Source: an uncultured Planctomycetota bacterium
Lineage (GTDB): Bacteria > Planctomycetota > JACOTG01 > JAUIME01
Direction of reading: 5' to 3'
DNA: 64,000 bases
Assembly (NCBI GenBank): GCA_964597885.1
Contig: CAZQZX010000008.1
Span: 576-64,575, forward strand
The position numbers and the translations under genes were made by a program. The stretch's first letter is position 1, and the number at the start of each line of letters is the position of its first letter. This document shows positions 55,254-64,000 of this stretch, piece by piece. Below the pieces are notes generated by a model that was given only the letters and a program-made list of their open reading frames with translations, was not told where the DNA came from and did not search any database.

Positions 55254-58200
55254 ATGAATCTGCCGGAACCGACGTGCGACCTTCGATGGGGCTCCCGAAT
55301 CTCCCGTCGACTTCTGTGTGCCTTCCTGCTCTGGACGCTCGGGGCGCTGGTGCTTTGCGGCGGCGCGAAGGCCGACGAGCGAGACGAGGAGATCCTGCGC
55401 CGGCTCGATGCGTGGCGCGGGCGACAGGGGCTTCCCGCGATGGCCGCGGCGCTCGTGCAGGACGGACGCATCCGATTGCTGCACGGATTCGGCTGCGATG
55501 CGGGGCGGCGTTTCGGCGTCGGCTCGATCGCGAACGGGCTGACGGCGGGCGTCGTGGCGACGCTGGTCGAAGAGGGGCGACTCGGCTGGGATGACCCGAT
55601 CGAGAAGCACTTGCCCGACGTCGTGATCCCTTCGCGATCCGACGACCCGGCGGCGCGGGTGACGATTCGCGACGCGCTCGCGCATCGCACGGGCTTCACG
55701 GGAATGGATCTCCTGCTCGAAGCTCCGATCTCGCGACGCGAACGACTCGACCGCTACATCGCGAGCGCGGAACCGCGGGACGGCCTGCGGGCCCGCGCTC
55801 TTCCGAACGATGCCATGCTGACGCTCGTCGAGCTCGTGATCGAGACGATCACCGGTCAACCGTACGAGGTCGCGCTCGACGAACGGCTGCTCACGCCGCT
55901 CGGGATGAGTCGTACCACTCCGTCGCGCTCGACCGCGCGCGATCTCGCGTCGTGGCTGCGGCTGCTGCTCGATCGCGGCAAGTGGGACGACCGGCAGCTG
56001 CTGACCCCGGCATCGATCGAGGAGATGTGGGGGATCCTCGCGGAGTCCACGGAGGGCGTGGCCTTCGGCGCGGGATTCGGTGTGGAGGCGTGGCGCGAGC
56101 GGCGCGTGATCACGCAGGCCGGGAGCCGCAACCAGCTCGGCGGGATCCTCGCGATGCTTCCCGAGTCGAACGTCGGCTGGGTGATCCTCGTCGACGGCGT
56201 GCACGAGGAAATCCCCATCTCGGTGCTCGACTGGATGTGGCCGATGCTCGTCGGCGATTGGCTGGGCGGCGTCGAACCGTACCTGGGCAATTATCTCGCG
56301 AACTACGGCTACTTCCAGAACGCTCAGTTCACGGTGCTCTTCGAGAACGAGCGGCTCGTGCTTCGCGTGCCGGGCGAGCCGGACTACGTGCTCGAGTGGC
56401 CCGATCCCGAGGGCCTCTGGAAGTACGAGCTCAGCGATCAGCTGGCGGTCTCGTTCATCAAGGACGAGCTCGGACGCGTGACCGCGATGCGGCAGCACGC
56501 CGACGGCATCATCCTCGAACTGCCGCGCATCGGGGCGGAAGTCGCGGGCGACATCGATGCCGATCGGGTGCGGCGGTACCTCGGCCGCTACCGCGACCCG
56601 AGCTACACGCGCGACATCCGCGTGGAGCTTCGCGACGGTCGCCTCGTCATGGATTGGCCTTTCTGGATCGTGGCCGACCTCGTACCTCCCGCTCCGAACG
56701 GCGATCGCTGGAGCTTCCGCGCGGCGCCGGAGCTGTCGGTGTCCTTTCAGGAAGACGACTACGGCGCCGTGAAGTCGATGACGCTTCACGATCGCGATCG
56801 CGATACGAAAGTGCTCGAGCGTCTGTCCGATGATCCGCCGGCCGGTACGCCGACCGGCGCGCGCCTGCTCGAGATCCGGCAGAGCGAAGCGCGGAAACGT
56901 GCGCGGACGGAGGGCGGGTGGCTGCTGTCGGGAACCTTGAATCGTCCGCAGGCCGGAGCGAGCGGGGCCTTCCGGTGGTGGGAGCGAGGCGAGGTCGGAG
57001 GGTGGGACGTCGATCTCGGCGACCTCGGATCGTATCGCGACGACGGCGCGGACCGGGACGCACTCCGCGCTCTGATCGGGCCGTGGACGGGGGACTTCGA
57101 CGAGATCCGTCCACTTCGTGTCGATCGCTTCGAAGACCAGCCGGTCGTGCTCGTGGAGCTCGCGCGCAGAGACGGTCCCATCACGACGGTGGCCATGCAT
57201 ACCGACACGGGCGACGTGCTCTGGCTGGATGCCGGCGCGGCGCGCGTATTCGGAGGCACGGGATACTGGCGATTCGATGCGCATCGCGACGTCGACGGGG
57301 TGCGGGTTCCCGCTGGCGGTGCGTGCGAAGACGACGAGCTCGGAGAGGTCCGCATCGAGATCGACAAGATCGATCCCGCCGGATCGATCGAGCTTCCGGG
57401 GGCGGCGCGGATCCGTCGAGATCTGACGACGCGCGTCGAACGCGTCGACCGCGGCAAGCGCTCGGTGCGTCTGGTGGAGCGAGTCCTCGAGGCGGGCGCC
57501 ACCGACGCCACGCGCGCCGGGCGCGTCGTGGTGCTGCTTCCGTCGGAGCGGCTTGCGCCGTCCGCCCTGTGGGACCTTCCGGTCGCGGACCATTCGATGC
57601 TGGACGATCTGGCTCGGCGCGGGTTCGACGCGTTCCTGCTCGCGCCGTCCGAGGCGAGATCCGGCGAGATCGGCGAGGAAGAGCTCGCCGACCTCGAGGC
57701 CGCGATCGATCGCATCCGGGACACGCGAGGGGACGTGCGCTTGCGGCTTCTCGGCGCGGGAAGAGGAGCGCGGCTGGCATCGCGACTCGCCGTCCGGCGA
57801 CCCGACACGATCGATCGCATCGTCTTGCACGACTGGTCGGGTGCGCTCGGAGAAGGAGAGGTGGCGGGGCTGCCACCGACGAGAGTGACGGCGCGTGGCC
57901 GGGTGGCCGATGCCGATCTCGAGCCCGGCGTGGCCGAAGAGATCGCGGTGACGACCCTCTCGCCGCGTGCCGCCGCCGTTCGTGCTCCGATCGACGAGGC
58001 GGCGGTGCGATCGGCATCCGCCGAGGATGCGCCGCGTCTTCGCGTGCCGGCCTTCGTCGTCGATGGCGCGCGAGGTCTCGACGACGACCGGCGTGGCTGG
58101 CAGGCGCGTCGATATCGCGAGCTGCGCGTGCGGGGGAAGCGGCGGGCGATCGTCGAATCGGTATCGGATCTCGCGCCGATCGAGCGCGGCCGAGGTGCAT

Positions 58201-59312
58201 GGCGGGATGTCGTCGTGGAGTTCCTTACCGAGCGCCTCGAGGTACCCTTGGCCGAGATCAAGGCGCGGGTCGTCGAGGAGGTGGACGCCTACCGTACGAG
58301 CGTCGACGCCCCGGGCATGACCGCGGCGTTCGTGCTTCCGGATGGAACGCTCGCAGCGGTGGCCGCGGGTCGGTCGAACGTCGACGCGGATGAGCCCATG
58401 AGACCGACCGATCGGATGATGTCGGGCAGCGTCGGCAAGATGATCGTCGCCACGACAGCGCTCGACCTGATCGAAGAGGGGCGCCTGGCGCTCGATGATC
58501 CGATCGGGAAGTGGCTCGGAGAGGAACCGTGGCTCGCGCGACTGCGTGGTAGCGACGCGATGACGGTGCGGCAGCTTCTGGCGCACACGAGCGGGATCCA
58601 CGAGCACGTGCGGATGCCCGAGTTCCACGCCGCGCTCCGTGCCGACCCTCAGAAGGCGTGGACGCCTCCCGAGCTGATCGAGTTCGCGCTCGACCGAGAT
58701 CCGTTGTTCGATCCGGGTACGGGATGGTCCTACGCCGACACCAACTACATCGTGCTCGGCGCGATCCTCGAGCGTGCCGCGGAAGCGCCGTTCTACGAGC
58801 TGGCGCGCGCGAGGGTGCTCGAGCCGTTCGGCATGAAGAGCACGATCGCATCCGATCGACCGGAGCTGCCGGGGCTCGTCAGCGGATACACCGGACTGTC
58901 CGCGGCCTTCCCGGTCGAGCCCGCCGTGATGCGCGACGGCAAGTACACGATGAATCCGCAGTTCGAGTGGACGGGCGGCGGTTACGTGACGACATCCTCG
59001 GATCTCGCGCGCTTCCTGTTCCAGCTCTTCGAAGGGAATCGACTCGACGCGTCGAGCCTCGCCGCCATGCAGGTCCGCACCGAGACGACGCTCGGTCCCG
59101 GCGTCGACTACGGGCTCGGAACGATGCTCTGGGATTCGCCGATCGGGGAAGCGGTGGGGCACCTCGGCATCTTCCCGGGGTACCTGACAGCGTGCGCGTA
59201 CTATCCGGATTATCACGTGGCCTTGGCGGTGCAGCAGAACACGGACGTCGGTACGGGGAACGCTCAGCTGATCGCGCTGCTCGATCGGCTGGCATCCGCG
59301 CTCGTCCGCTGA
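55254..59312 (+). CDS. Large multidomain serine hydrolase (beta-lactamase/PBP family)
   Basis: ATG 55254; N-terminal degenerate domain (GSIANG); two DUF3471-like repeats; C-terminal intact domain SGSVGK (SxxK), WSYADTNY, GHLG. Confidence 0.85.
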   Translation: MNLPEPTCDLRWGSRISRRLLCAFLLWTLGALVLCGGAKADERDEEILRRLDAWRGRQGLPAMAAALVQDGRIRLLHGFGCDAGRRFGVGSIANGLTAGVVATLVEEGRLGWDDPIEKHLPDVVIPSRSDDPAARVTIRDALAHRTGFTGMDLLLEAPISRRERLDRYIASAEPRDGLRARALPNDAMLTLVELVIETITGQPYEVALDERLLTPLGMSRTTPSRSTARDLASWLRLLLDRGKWDDRQLLTPASIEEMWGILAESTEGVAFGAGFGVEAWRERRVITQAGSRNQLGGILAMLPESNVGWVILVDGVHEEIPISVLDWMWPMLVGDWLGGVEPYLGNYLANYGYFQNAQFTVLFENERLVLRVPGEPDYVLEWPDPEGLWKYELSDQLAVSFIKDELGRVTAMRQHADGIILELPRIGAEVAGDIDADRVRRYLGRYRDPSYTRDIRVELRDGRLVMDWPFWIVADLVPPAPNGDRWSFRAAPELSVSFQEDDYGAVKSMTLHDRDRDTKVLERLSDDPPAGTPTGARLLEIRQSEARKRARTEGGWLLSGTLNRPQAGASGAFRWWERGEVGGWDVDLGDLGSYRDDGADRDALRALIGPWTGDFDEIRPLRVDRFEDQPVVLVELARRDGPITTVAMHTDTGDVLWLDAGAARVFGGTGYWRFDAHRDVDGVRVPAGGACEDDELGEVRIEIDKIDPAGSIELPGAARIRRDLTTRVERVDRGKRSVRLVERVLEAGATDATRAGRVVVLLPSERLAPSALWDLPVADHSMLDDLARRGFDAFLLAPSEARSGEIGEEELADLEAAIDRIRDTRGDVRLRLLGAGRGARLASRLAVRRPDTIDRIVLHDWSGALGEGEVAGLPPTRVTARGRVADADLEPGVAEEIAVTTLSPRAAAVRAPIDEAAVRSASAEDAPRLRVPAFVVDGARGLDDDRRGWQARRYRELRVRGKRRAIVESVSDLAPIERGRGAWRDVVVEFLTERLEVPLAEIKARVVEEVDAYRTSVDAPGMTAAFVLPDGTLAAVAAGRSNVDADEPMRPTDRMMSGSVGKMIVATTALDLIEEGRLALDDPIGKWLGEEPWLARLRGSDAMTVRQLLAHTSGIHEHVRMPEFHAALRADPQKAWTPPELIEFALDRDPLFDPGTGWSYADTNYIVLGAILERAAEAPFYELARARVLEPFGMKSTIASDRPELPGLVSGYTGLSAAFPVEPAVMRDGKYTMNPQFEWTGGGYVTTSSDLARFLFQLFEGNRLDASSLAAMQVRTETTLGPGVDYGLGTMLWDSPIGEAVGHLGIFPGYLTACAYYPDYHVALAVQQNTDVGTGNAQLIALLDRLASALVR

Positions 59313-59415
59313 GACCCACGCCTCGTCCGGTTTTTTTGCGATCGAGTTCCCTGACTCGACGAGAATCGGGGGTATACTTCGCGGGCGATCCACCCGGTCC
59401 GCCCCCTGTCTATCC

Positions 59416-60273
59416 GTGTCTTCCCCCCTCGACAGCGGTCACGGAAACCCTCCCATGCTCGAATCCCTGCGACCTGCCGGTACGGCTGACGACTCCCTTG
59501 GCGTGTCGTTCCCGGTCCTCCGTCCGTACGCGGACTCGCAGGAATCGGGGAATGCGAAGGCGGGGTCGCTCGGGTCGTCACCGCTCTTCGAGGATGAGCT
59601 GACGCTCTCCGAGGAGGTGCTGCAGCGATTCGAGGAAACGGAAGATTCCGAAGATCCGACCGCGCCCGAGGGATTCGAGAAGACCGGGCAGGAAGAGGAG
59701 GACGAAGGCTCGCAGCGGGAGAATCCGCAGGAGCTTTCCGACGAGGAAGAAGAGCAGGTCCGCGAGCTCCAGGCGCGAGATCGCGAAGTGCGCGCACACG
59801 AGCAGGCGCACAAGGCCGCCGCCGGAAGCCTGGCCGCGGGCGGTCCCGTGTACGAGTACGAGACCGGCCCGGACGGCCGACGCTACGCGGTGGGCGGTCA
59901 CGTCAACGTGCGGCTCGAGACCGGAAACACGCCGGAAGAGACGCTGCAGAACGCGGCCCGGATTCGTCGAGCCGCGTTGGCGCCGGCCGAGCCGTCGCCG
60001 CAGGATCGAGCCGTCGCGGCCGAGGCGGCGCAGATGGCGGCCGAGGCGCGGGCCGAGATCGCGGCCGAGCGTCAGAAAGAGGCGCAGGGCGAAGACGAGG
60101 ATGCCGGCGGGACCTCTCCGGCTTCGAGTGCGACGCAAGTGTCGTCGTCGGAGTCGCTGAGTGCTTCGGAAGTCCCTGCGGGCGAGGAGTCGCCCCTCGG
60201 CGAAGAGCCGGGCCTCGCGCCCGAGAGCTCTCTCCTCACGCAGGCGATCGCGGCCTACTCGATCTACCGGTAG
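59416..60273 (+). CDS. SprA-related family protein
   Basis: RDREVRAHEQAH, YETGPDGRRYAVGG, AALAPAEPSPQDRAVAA; start uncertain; TATACT at 59373-59378 upstream. Confidence 0.85.
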   Translation: MSSPLDSGHGNPPMLESLRPAGTADDSLGVSFPVLRPYADSQESGNAKAGSLGSSPLFEDELTLSEEVLQRFEETEDSEDPTAPEGFEKTGQEEEDEGSQRENPQELSDEEEEQVRELQARDREVRAHEQAHKAAAGSLAAGGPVYEYETGPDGRRYAVGGHVNVRLETGNTPEETLQNAARIRRAALAPAEPSPQDRAVAAEAAQMAAEARAEIAAERQKEAQGEDEDAGGTSPASSATQVSSSESLSASEVPAGEESPLGEEPGLAPESSLLTQAIAAYSIYR

Positions 60274-60396
60274 ACGCGCGCCGGAAGCGCCGCACTCTCC
60301 ATTTGATATCGTTCCCATGGCCGGCCCGGCCTTCCCACCTCATTCGACGGAGCCGGAGTTCCGTTCCCCGGGCCGATACCCAAGGAGAATCTGTAC

Positions 60397-62547
60397 GTGA
60401 CACCACCCCCGAACCGTACCGCGGGCGCAAGCTCCGGACGGCAACAGCCGACCTCGGCGACCACGCGAAAAAAGAAGAAGAAGCGCAACAACCCCACCAA
60501 CACCAGCAAGAAGAAGAGCGCGTCGCCCCGACCGGCGCGAAAGAAGAAGACGCCCTCGAAGGGCAATCCGCGGGCGGGCCGACCGGCGCGTCCGGCCGGC
60601 CGTATCAGCGTTCGTGCGAGCGGTCGCGCGCAGGTCCGATTCGATCGCCCCTTCCGCTACAAGGATGCCGTCTATGACGGCGGACGCGCTGCGGCCGACG
60701 CGGTCGGTCTCGCGTTGCACGGCGATCGCGTCTCGTTCCGTCCGACGCGCGTTCGCGACGGACTCCTCGAAGGCGTCATCGAGTCCGTCATTGAGCGGTC
60801 GCGCACGGAGCTCGCCGGCGTCTACCGCATGCACGGGCGCGCCGCGGTGGTCGACTTCGCCGACGGCAAGCGCGAGCGCGAGATCCGCGTTCCGAGAGCG
60901 CGAGGCGCACGCGAGGGCGACTGGGTCGTGGCCGAGGTCGTGAGCCACGCCGAGGCGCCGGCCCCTCTCGAAGGGCGCGTCATCGAAGTCATCGGCTCCC
61001 GCGAGGCTCCAGGCGGCGACATCACGTTCTTCCTGCGGCGACACGGATGTCCGGAGGTCTTCCCGGCGGCCGCACTGACGCAGGCGTCGAAGGTTGCCAA
61101 GCGAATCGGACCGGCCGAGATCAAGCGTCGCCGCGATCTGCGATCGGTGCCGACGTTCACGATCGACGGCGCCGATTCGAAGGACCTCGACGACGCGATC
61201 TCGATCGAGAAGCTCGGAGCGCTCGGGTGGCGGCTCGGAGTCCACATTGCCGATGTCTCCCACTACGTGCGGGAAGGGACGCCCCTCGATCTCGAGGCGG
61301 AGCGTCGCTCGACAAGCGTGTATCCGCTCGATCGCGTCGTCCCGATGTTGCCGGAAGCGCTTTCGAACGGTGTTTGCTCGCTGCTGCCGGAAGTCGATCG
61401 CCTCGCGATGAGCTGTTTTCTCGACGTGAGCGATGAAGGCATCGTGAAAGGCGTGGACATCTGCGAGTCGGTGATTCGTTCGGATCGAAGGTTCACCTAC
61501 GAAGGCGTGCAGTCCATCTTCCATCGCGTCGACGAGGGGCGGGAGCTTCATCCCGACGACCGCTCGCTCGCCCCGCGGCTGCTGGAAGCGCGCGATGCCG
61601 CGCGTGTGATTCGCGGGGAGCGAAGACGACGCGGCGCGCTCGATCTCGATTTCCCCGAGCCGGGCCTGCGCTGCAACCGAGACGGGTCCGCGGTGACCGT
61701 GATGTCGCGCGTGCGGTTCGAATCGCATCGACTCATCGAAGACCTGATGCTCGTCTGTAACGAGGCCGTGGCGCGATTCGCCCAGAAGCGGGGGATCCCC
61801 GTTCCGTATCGCGTTCATCCCGGGCCGGAGGCCGACGAGTCGCGACGGCTGGTTCCGATCCTCGAGGACCTCGGGCTGGAGGCGCCGAAAGGGTCGCGCT
61901 GGCGGCCGCAGGATCTGGCGCGCGTGCTCGATCGGGCCTCGCTCCTCGAGTCCGGTTCGATCATCCAGCGACGGATCCTCCGCGTGCTCGGGCGAGCGAG
62001 GTATGACGTCGATCCGCGGGCCGGGCACTTCGGCCTGGCGAGCGGGGCCTACCTGCACTTCACCTCGCCGATCCGGCGTTATCCCGATCTGCTCGTCCAT
62101 CGGGGGCTGCGCGCCTTCCTTGCCGGCGAGTCCGACGACACGGGCCTCCCGGCGCTCGCGGCGGTGGCGGCGACCTGCTCCGAACGGGAGCGGGCCGCGG
62201 CGTCGGTCGAGTGGGACGTCGCGGGCCGGCGTCTCCTGGGGCTCGCGAGCCGCTTCACCGGGGAGAAGTTCGACGGCCGGGTGACGGCGATCACGTCCAT
62301 CGGGGCGTTCGTCGAGCCGGAGGGGCTCGGCGTGGAGGGGCTCCTGCCGCTGCGAACGCTCCCCGGCGCCTGGCGCCACGACGGCGTCACCGAGGTGCTC
62401 CGCCAGTCCGGCCGGGGCGGGCGGCGGCTCGCGATCGGCGATCCGGTCATCGTGAAGCTGGAGAAGGCCGACCCGGACCGGCTCCGGCTCGATCTTTCTT
62501 GGGCCGAGCCGAGACGGCGGTCCAACTCCCGACGCAAACGTACGTAA
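60397..62547 (+). CDS. rnr: Ribonuclease R (RNB family)
   Basis: TIDGADSKDLDDAIS, LGVHIADVSHYV, HFTSPIRRYPDLLVHR, C-terminal S1 domain; basic disordered N-terminus; SD AAGGAG. Confidence 0.9.
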   Translation: MTPPPNRTAGASSGRQQPTSATTRKKKKKRNNPTNTSKKKSASPRPARKKKTPSKGNPRAGRPARPAGRISVRASGRAQVRFDRPFRYKDAVYDGGRAAADAVGLALHGDRVSFRPTRVRDGLLEGVIESVIERSRTELAGVYRMHGRAAVVDFADGKREREIRVPRARGAREGDWVVAEVVSHAEAPAPLEGRVIEVIGSREAPGGDITFFLRRHGCPEVFPAAALTQASKVAKRIGPAEIKRRRDLRSVPTFTIDGADSKDLDDAISIEKLGALGWRLGVHIADVSHYVREGTPLDLEAERRSTSVYPLDRVVPMLPEALSNGVCSLLPEVDRLAMSCFLDVSDEGIVKGVDICESVIRSDRRFTYEGVQSIFHRVDEGRELHPDDRSLAPRLLEARDAARVIRGERRRRGALDLDFPEPGLRCNRDGSAVTVMSRVRFESHRLIEDLMLVCNEAVARFAQKRGIPVPYRVHPGPEADESRRLVPILEDLGLEAPKGSRWRPQDLARVLDRASLLESGSIIQRRILRVLGRARYDVDPRAGHFGLASGAYLHFTSPIRRYPDLLVHRGLRAFLAGESDDTGLPALAAVAATCSERERAAASVEWDVAGRRLLGLASRFTGEKFDGRVTAITSIGAFVEPEGLGVEGLLPLRTLPGAWRHDGVTEVLRQSGRGGRRLAIGDPVIVKLEKADPDRLRLDLSWAEPRRRSNSRRKRT

Positions 62548-62681
62548 GTACAGCGAGCGAGAGTCCCTGCGATGACCTGGCCGAGTGGGCCGGGCCGCAT
62601 TTCCCACGCCGACTTTCTTTGAGGGGGCGGGGGGCAGGGGGACTCTCTAGTCCTGACCCGCAAACGACTTGGCCAGTGTCG

Positions 62682-63263
62682 ATGCCCTCGAGGGATGAAA
62701 CCGTATCGGGTCTCCTGGTCCGCATGGGCGAGGATGACGCCGGCGCCGTCCAGGAGCTTTTCGAACAGCAGAAAGCGCCCCTGATGCGCCTGTTCTATGG
62801 GCTCACCCGGTGCTTCACCCGGGCCGAGGACCTCGTCCAGAGCACGTTCATCGCGCTCTGGCGATACCGGCAGAACTACAAGGGACGTGGGAGTGCTCAT
62901 GCCTACGTGTATCGCGTGGCGGTGAACCAGTGGCGTCGAGAGAACGCGCGTGAGCGACGCTCGCGGGAGGCCTTCCGCGAGTTCGCGCCGACGCGAGAGA
63001 CCGAGCTCGTCCAGGATGCCGACGACTCGCTCGAGCGCGCGGAGTCCCGAAACGAGGTCTGGCGGGCGATCGACTCGCTCCCCGAGGCGCAGCGGGAGAC
63101 GTTCGTGCTGCACCGCTTCGAGGAGATGAGCTGCCCGCAGATCGCGCAGGTGCTCGACAAGTCGGTGAAGACGGTGGAATCGAGGCTGCGGTTGGCCCTC
63201 GAGAAATTGACGGAAAAGCTTCAGAAGCGAGAGCATGTTGAGAAGCGGGAGCGGCTTCGGTGA
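62682..63263 (+). CDS. ECF RNA polymerase sigma factor
   Basis: AEDLVQSTFIALWR, YVYRVAVN, region 4 LPEAQRETFVLHRFEEMSCPQIAQVL...VESRLRLA. Confidence 0.92.
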   Translation: MPSRDETVSGLLVRMGEDDAGAVQELFEQQKAPLMRLFYGLTRCFTRAEDLVQSTFIALWRYRQNYKGRGSAHAYVYRVAVNQWRRENARERRSREAFREFAPTRETELVQDADDSLERAESRNEVWRAIDSLPEAQRETFVLHRFEEMSCPQIAQVLDKSVKTVESRLRLALEKLTEKLQKREHVEKRERLR

Positions 63264-64000
63264 ACGGCGAGACTCTCAGAGACAAGATTCCTGATCTGGT
63301 GGCCGGTCGACTCGACGAGGAGACCGCGCGCGAGGTCCGCGCGTACCTCCTGACCGATGAGGCGGCAAACGACTACTACGAGCGCGTCGCGCAGCTCTAC
63401 CGCATGGATCTGATGCCGCCGATGAGCCCACCGAGCTCGCTGGCCGGCGGACCGATCCCGGCGAAGGCATCTGCGCGCGGGCCGTTCGTGTGGCGACGGA
63501 TCGCGTGGGCGGCGGGCTTCCTGCTGCTCGTTACCGGAGCTCTCGCGGTGATCCGGCCGTTCGGCGGCGGGGGAGGCACGTCGCCGGAAGAAGCGCCGGT
63601 CGTGGCGGATGGCGGCGGATCGAAGACGGCCCCGGCCCACGAGATCGACGACGAGCCGGTCGCGTCGCCTCCGACCTCGCTTCCCCTGCTCGACATCGAA
63701 ATCGACATGCCCGAGCTTCCGGGTCACTACGCGTCTGGTGAATGGCTCGACTCGCGAGAAGAGGCGGTGCTCGTATCGATCTACTCGGGGCGGCCGCTGC
63801 TCGAATCTTACGTGAACCCCTACTGCCCGCTCAGCCAGCGCGTTTGCGGTGAGCTCGAGAAGAAGGCGTGCCTCGAGACCCTCGAAGGATTCGTGTGCTA
63901 CCGCGAGCAGTTCGCGGGCAAGGTGCCGGAGCCGATGGAGGGTGAGGTCGCGGCGCAGGATCTGATCGCTCGCCTCCCGGCGATGCGGATCTCCGGCGGG
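63260..64000 (+). CDS. Putative anti-sigma factor (TM + thioredoxin-like C-terminal domain), 3'-truncated
   Basis: Manual translation (absent from ORF track): MNGETLRDKIPDLVAGRLDEETAREVRAYL..., TM IAWAAGFLLLVTGALAVI, WLDSREEAV...SGRPLLESYVNPYCPLSQRV; GTGA overlap with the sigma gene. Confidence 0.8.
   Translation, partial: MNGETLRDKIPDLVAGRLDEETAREVRAYLLTDEAANDYYERVAQLYRMDLMPPMSPPSSLAGGPIPAKASARGPFVWRRIAWAAGFLLLVTGALAVIRPFGGGGGTSPEEAPVVADGGGSKTAPAHEIDDEPVASPPTSLPLLDIEIDMPELPGHYASGEWLDSREEAVLVSIYSGRPLLESYVNPYCPLSQRVCGELEKKACLETLEGFVCYREQFAGKVPEPMEGEVAAQDLIARLPAMRISGG

Noticed and set aside
49804-59312. BlaI/BlaR1 plus a beta-lactamase-family gene as an antibiotic-resistance locus
   Set aside because: The M56 protein lacks a penicillin-binding sensor domain, the hydrolase is a large non-class-A/C/D mosaic two genes away, and no TACA-N2-TGTA operator was seen.

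Overview
High-GC (roughly 68-70% by eye) bacterial chromosomal segment with about 48 protein-coding genes. The gene content (CAP, DUF1080, DUF6807, sulfatase-like, ECF/anti-sigma, many signal-peptide orphans) suggests Planctomycetota or a related lineage; this is inference. No rRNA, tRNA, CRISPR array, transposase or integrase was seen. Recognisable housekeeping genes are ptrB (cut by the left edge), nth, pepT and rnr. The most notable loci are: (i) a membrane-anchored metacaspase with an unusual N-terminal domain, transcribed divergently from three tandem paralogous GspG-like pseudopilins that each carry a second pilin-like domain, the third also bearing a GN linker, a His/Cys module and a C-terminal beta-rich domain, with no T2SS/T4P core genes in the window; (ii) a complete Aromatoleum-type tungsten aldehyde oxidoreductase operon (moaD-aorA-aorB-aorC) followed by a small protein ending in GGG; (iii) a beta-propeller/di-heme peroxidase-family surface protein; (iv) a TPR-AAA ATPase coupled to a TPR-membrane protein; (v) a YHS-fusion gene preceded by LytTR-type direct repeats and followed by its LytS/LytTR pair; (vi) a BlaI/BlaR1(M56)-TPR pair; (vii) an ECF sigma with a thioredoxin-like anti-sigma. 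Six genes have a -10 hexamer 6-7 nt before the ATG, pointing to frequent leaderless mRNAs. All family assignments come from motif recognition by eye; no database search was run.
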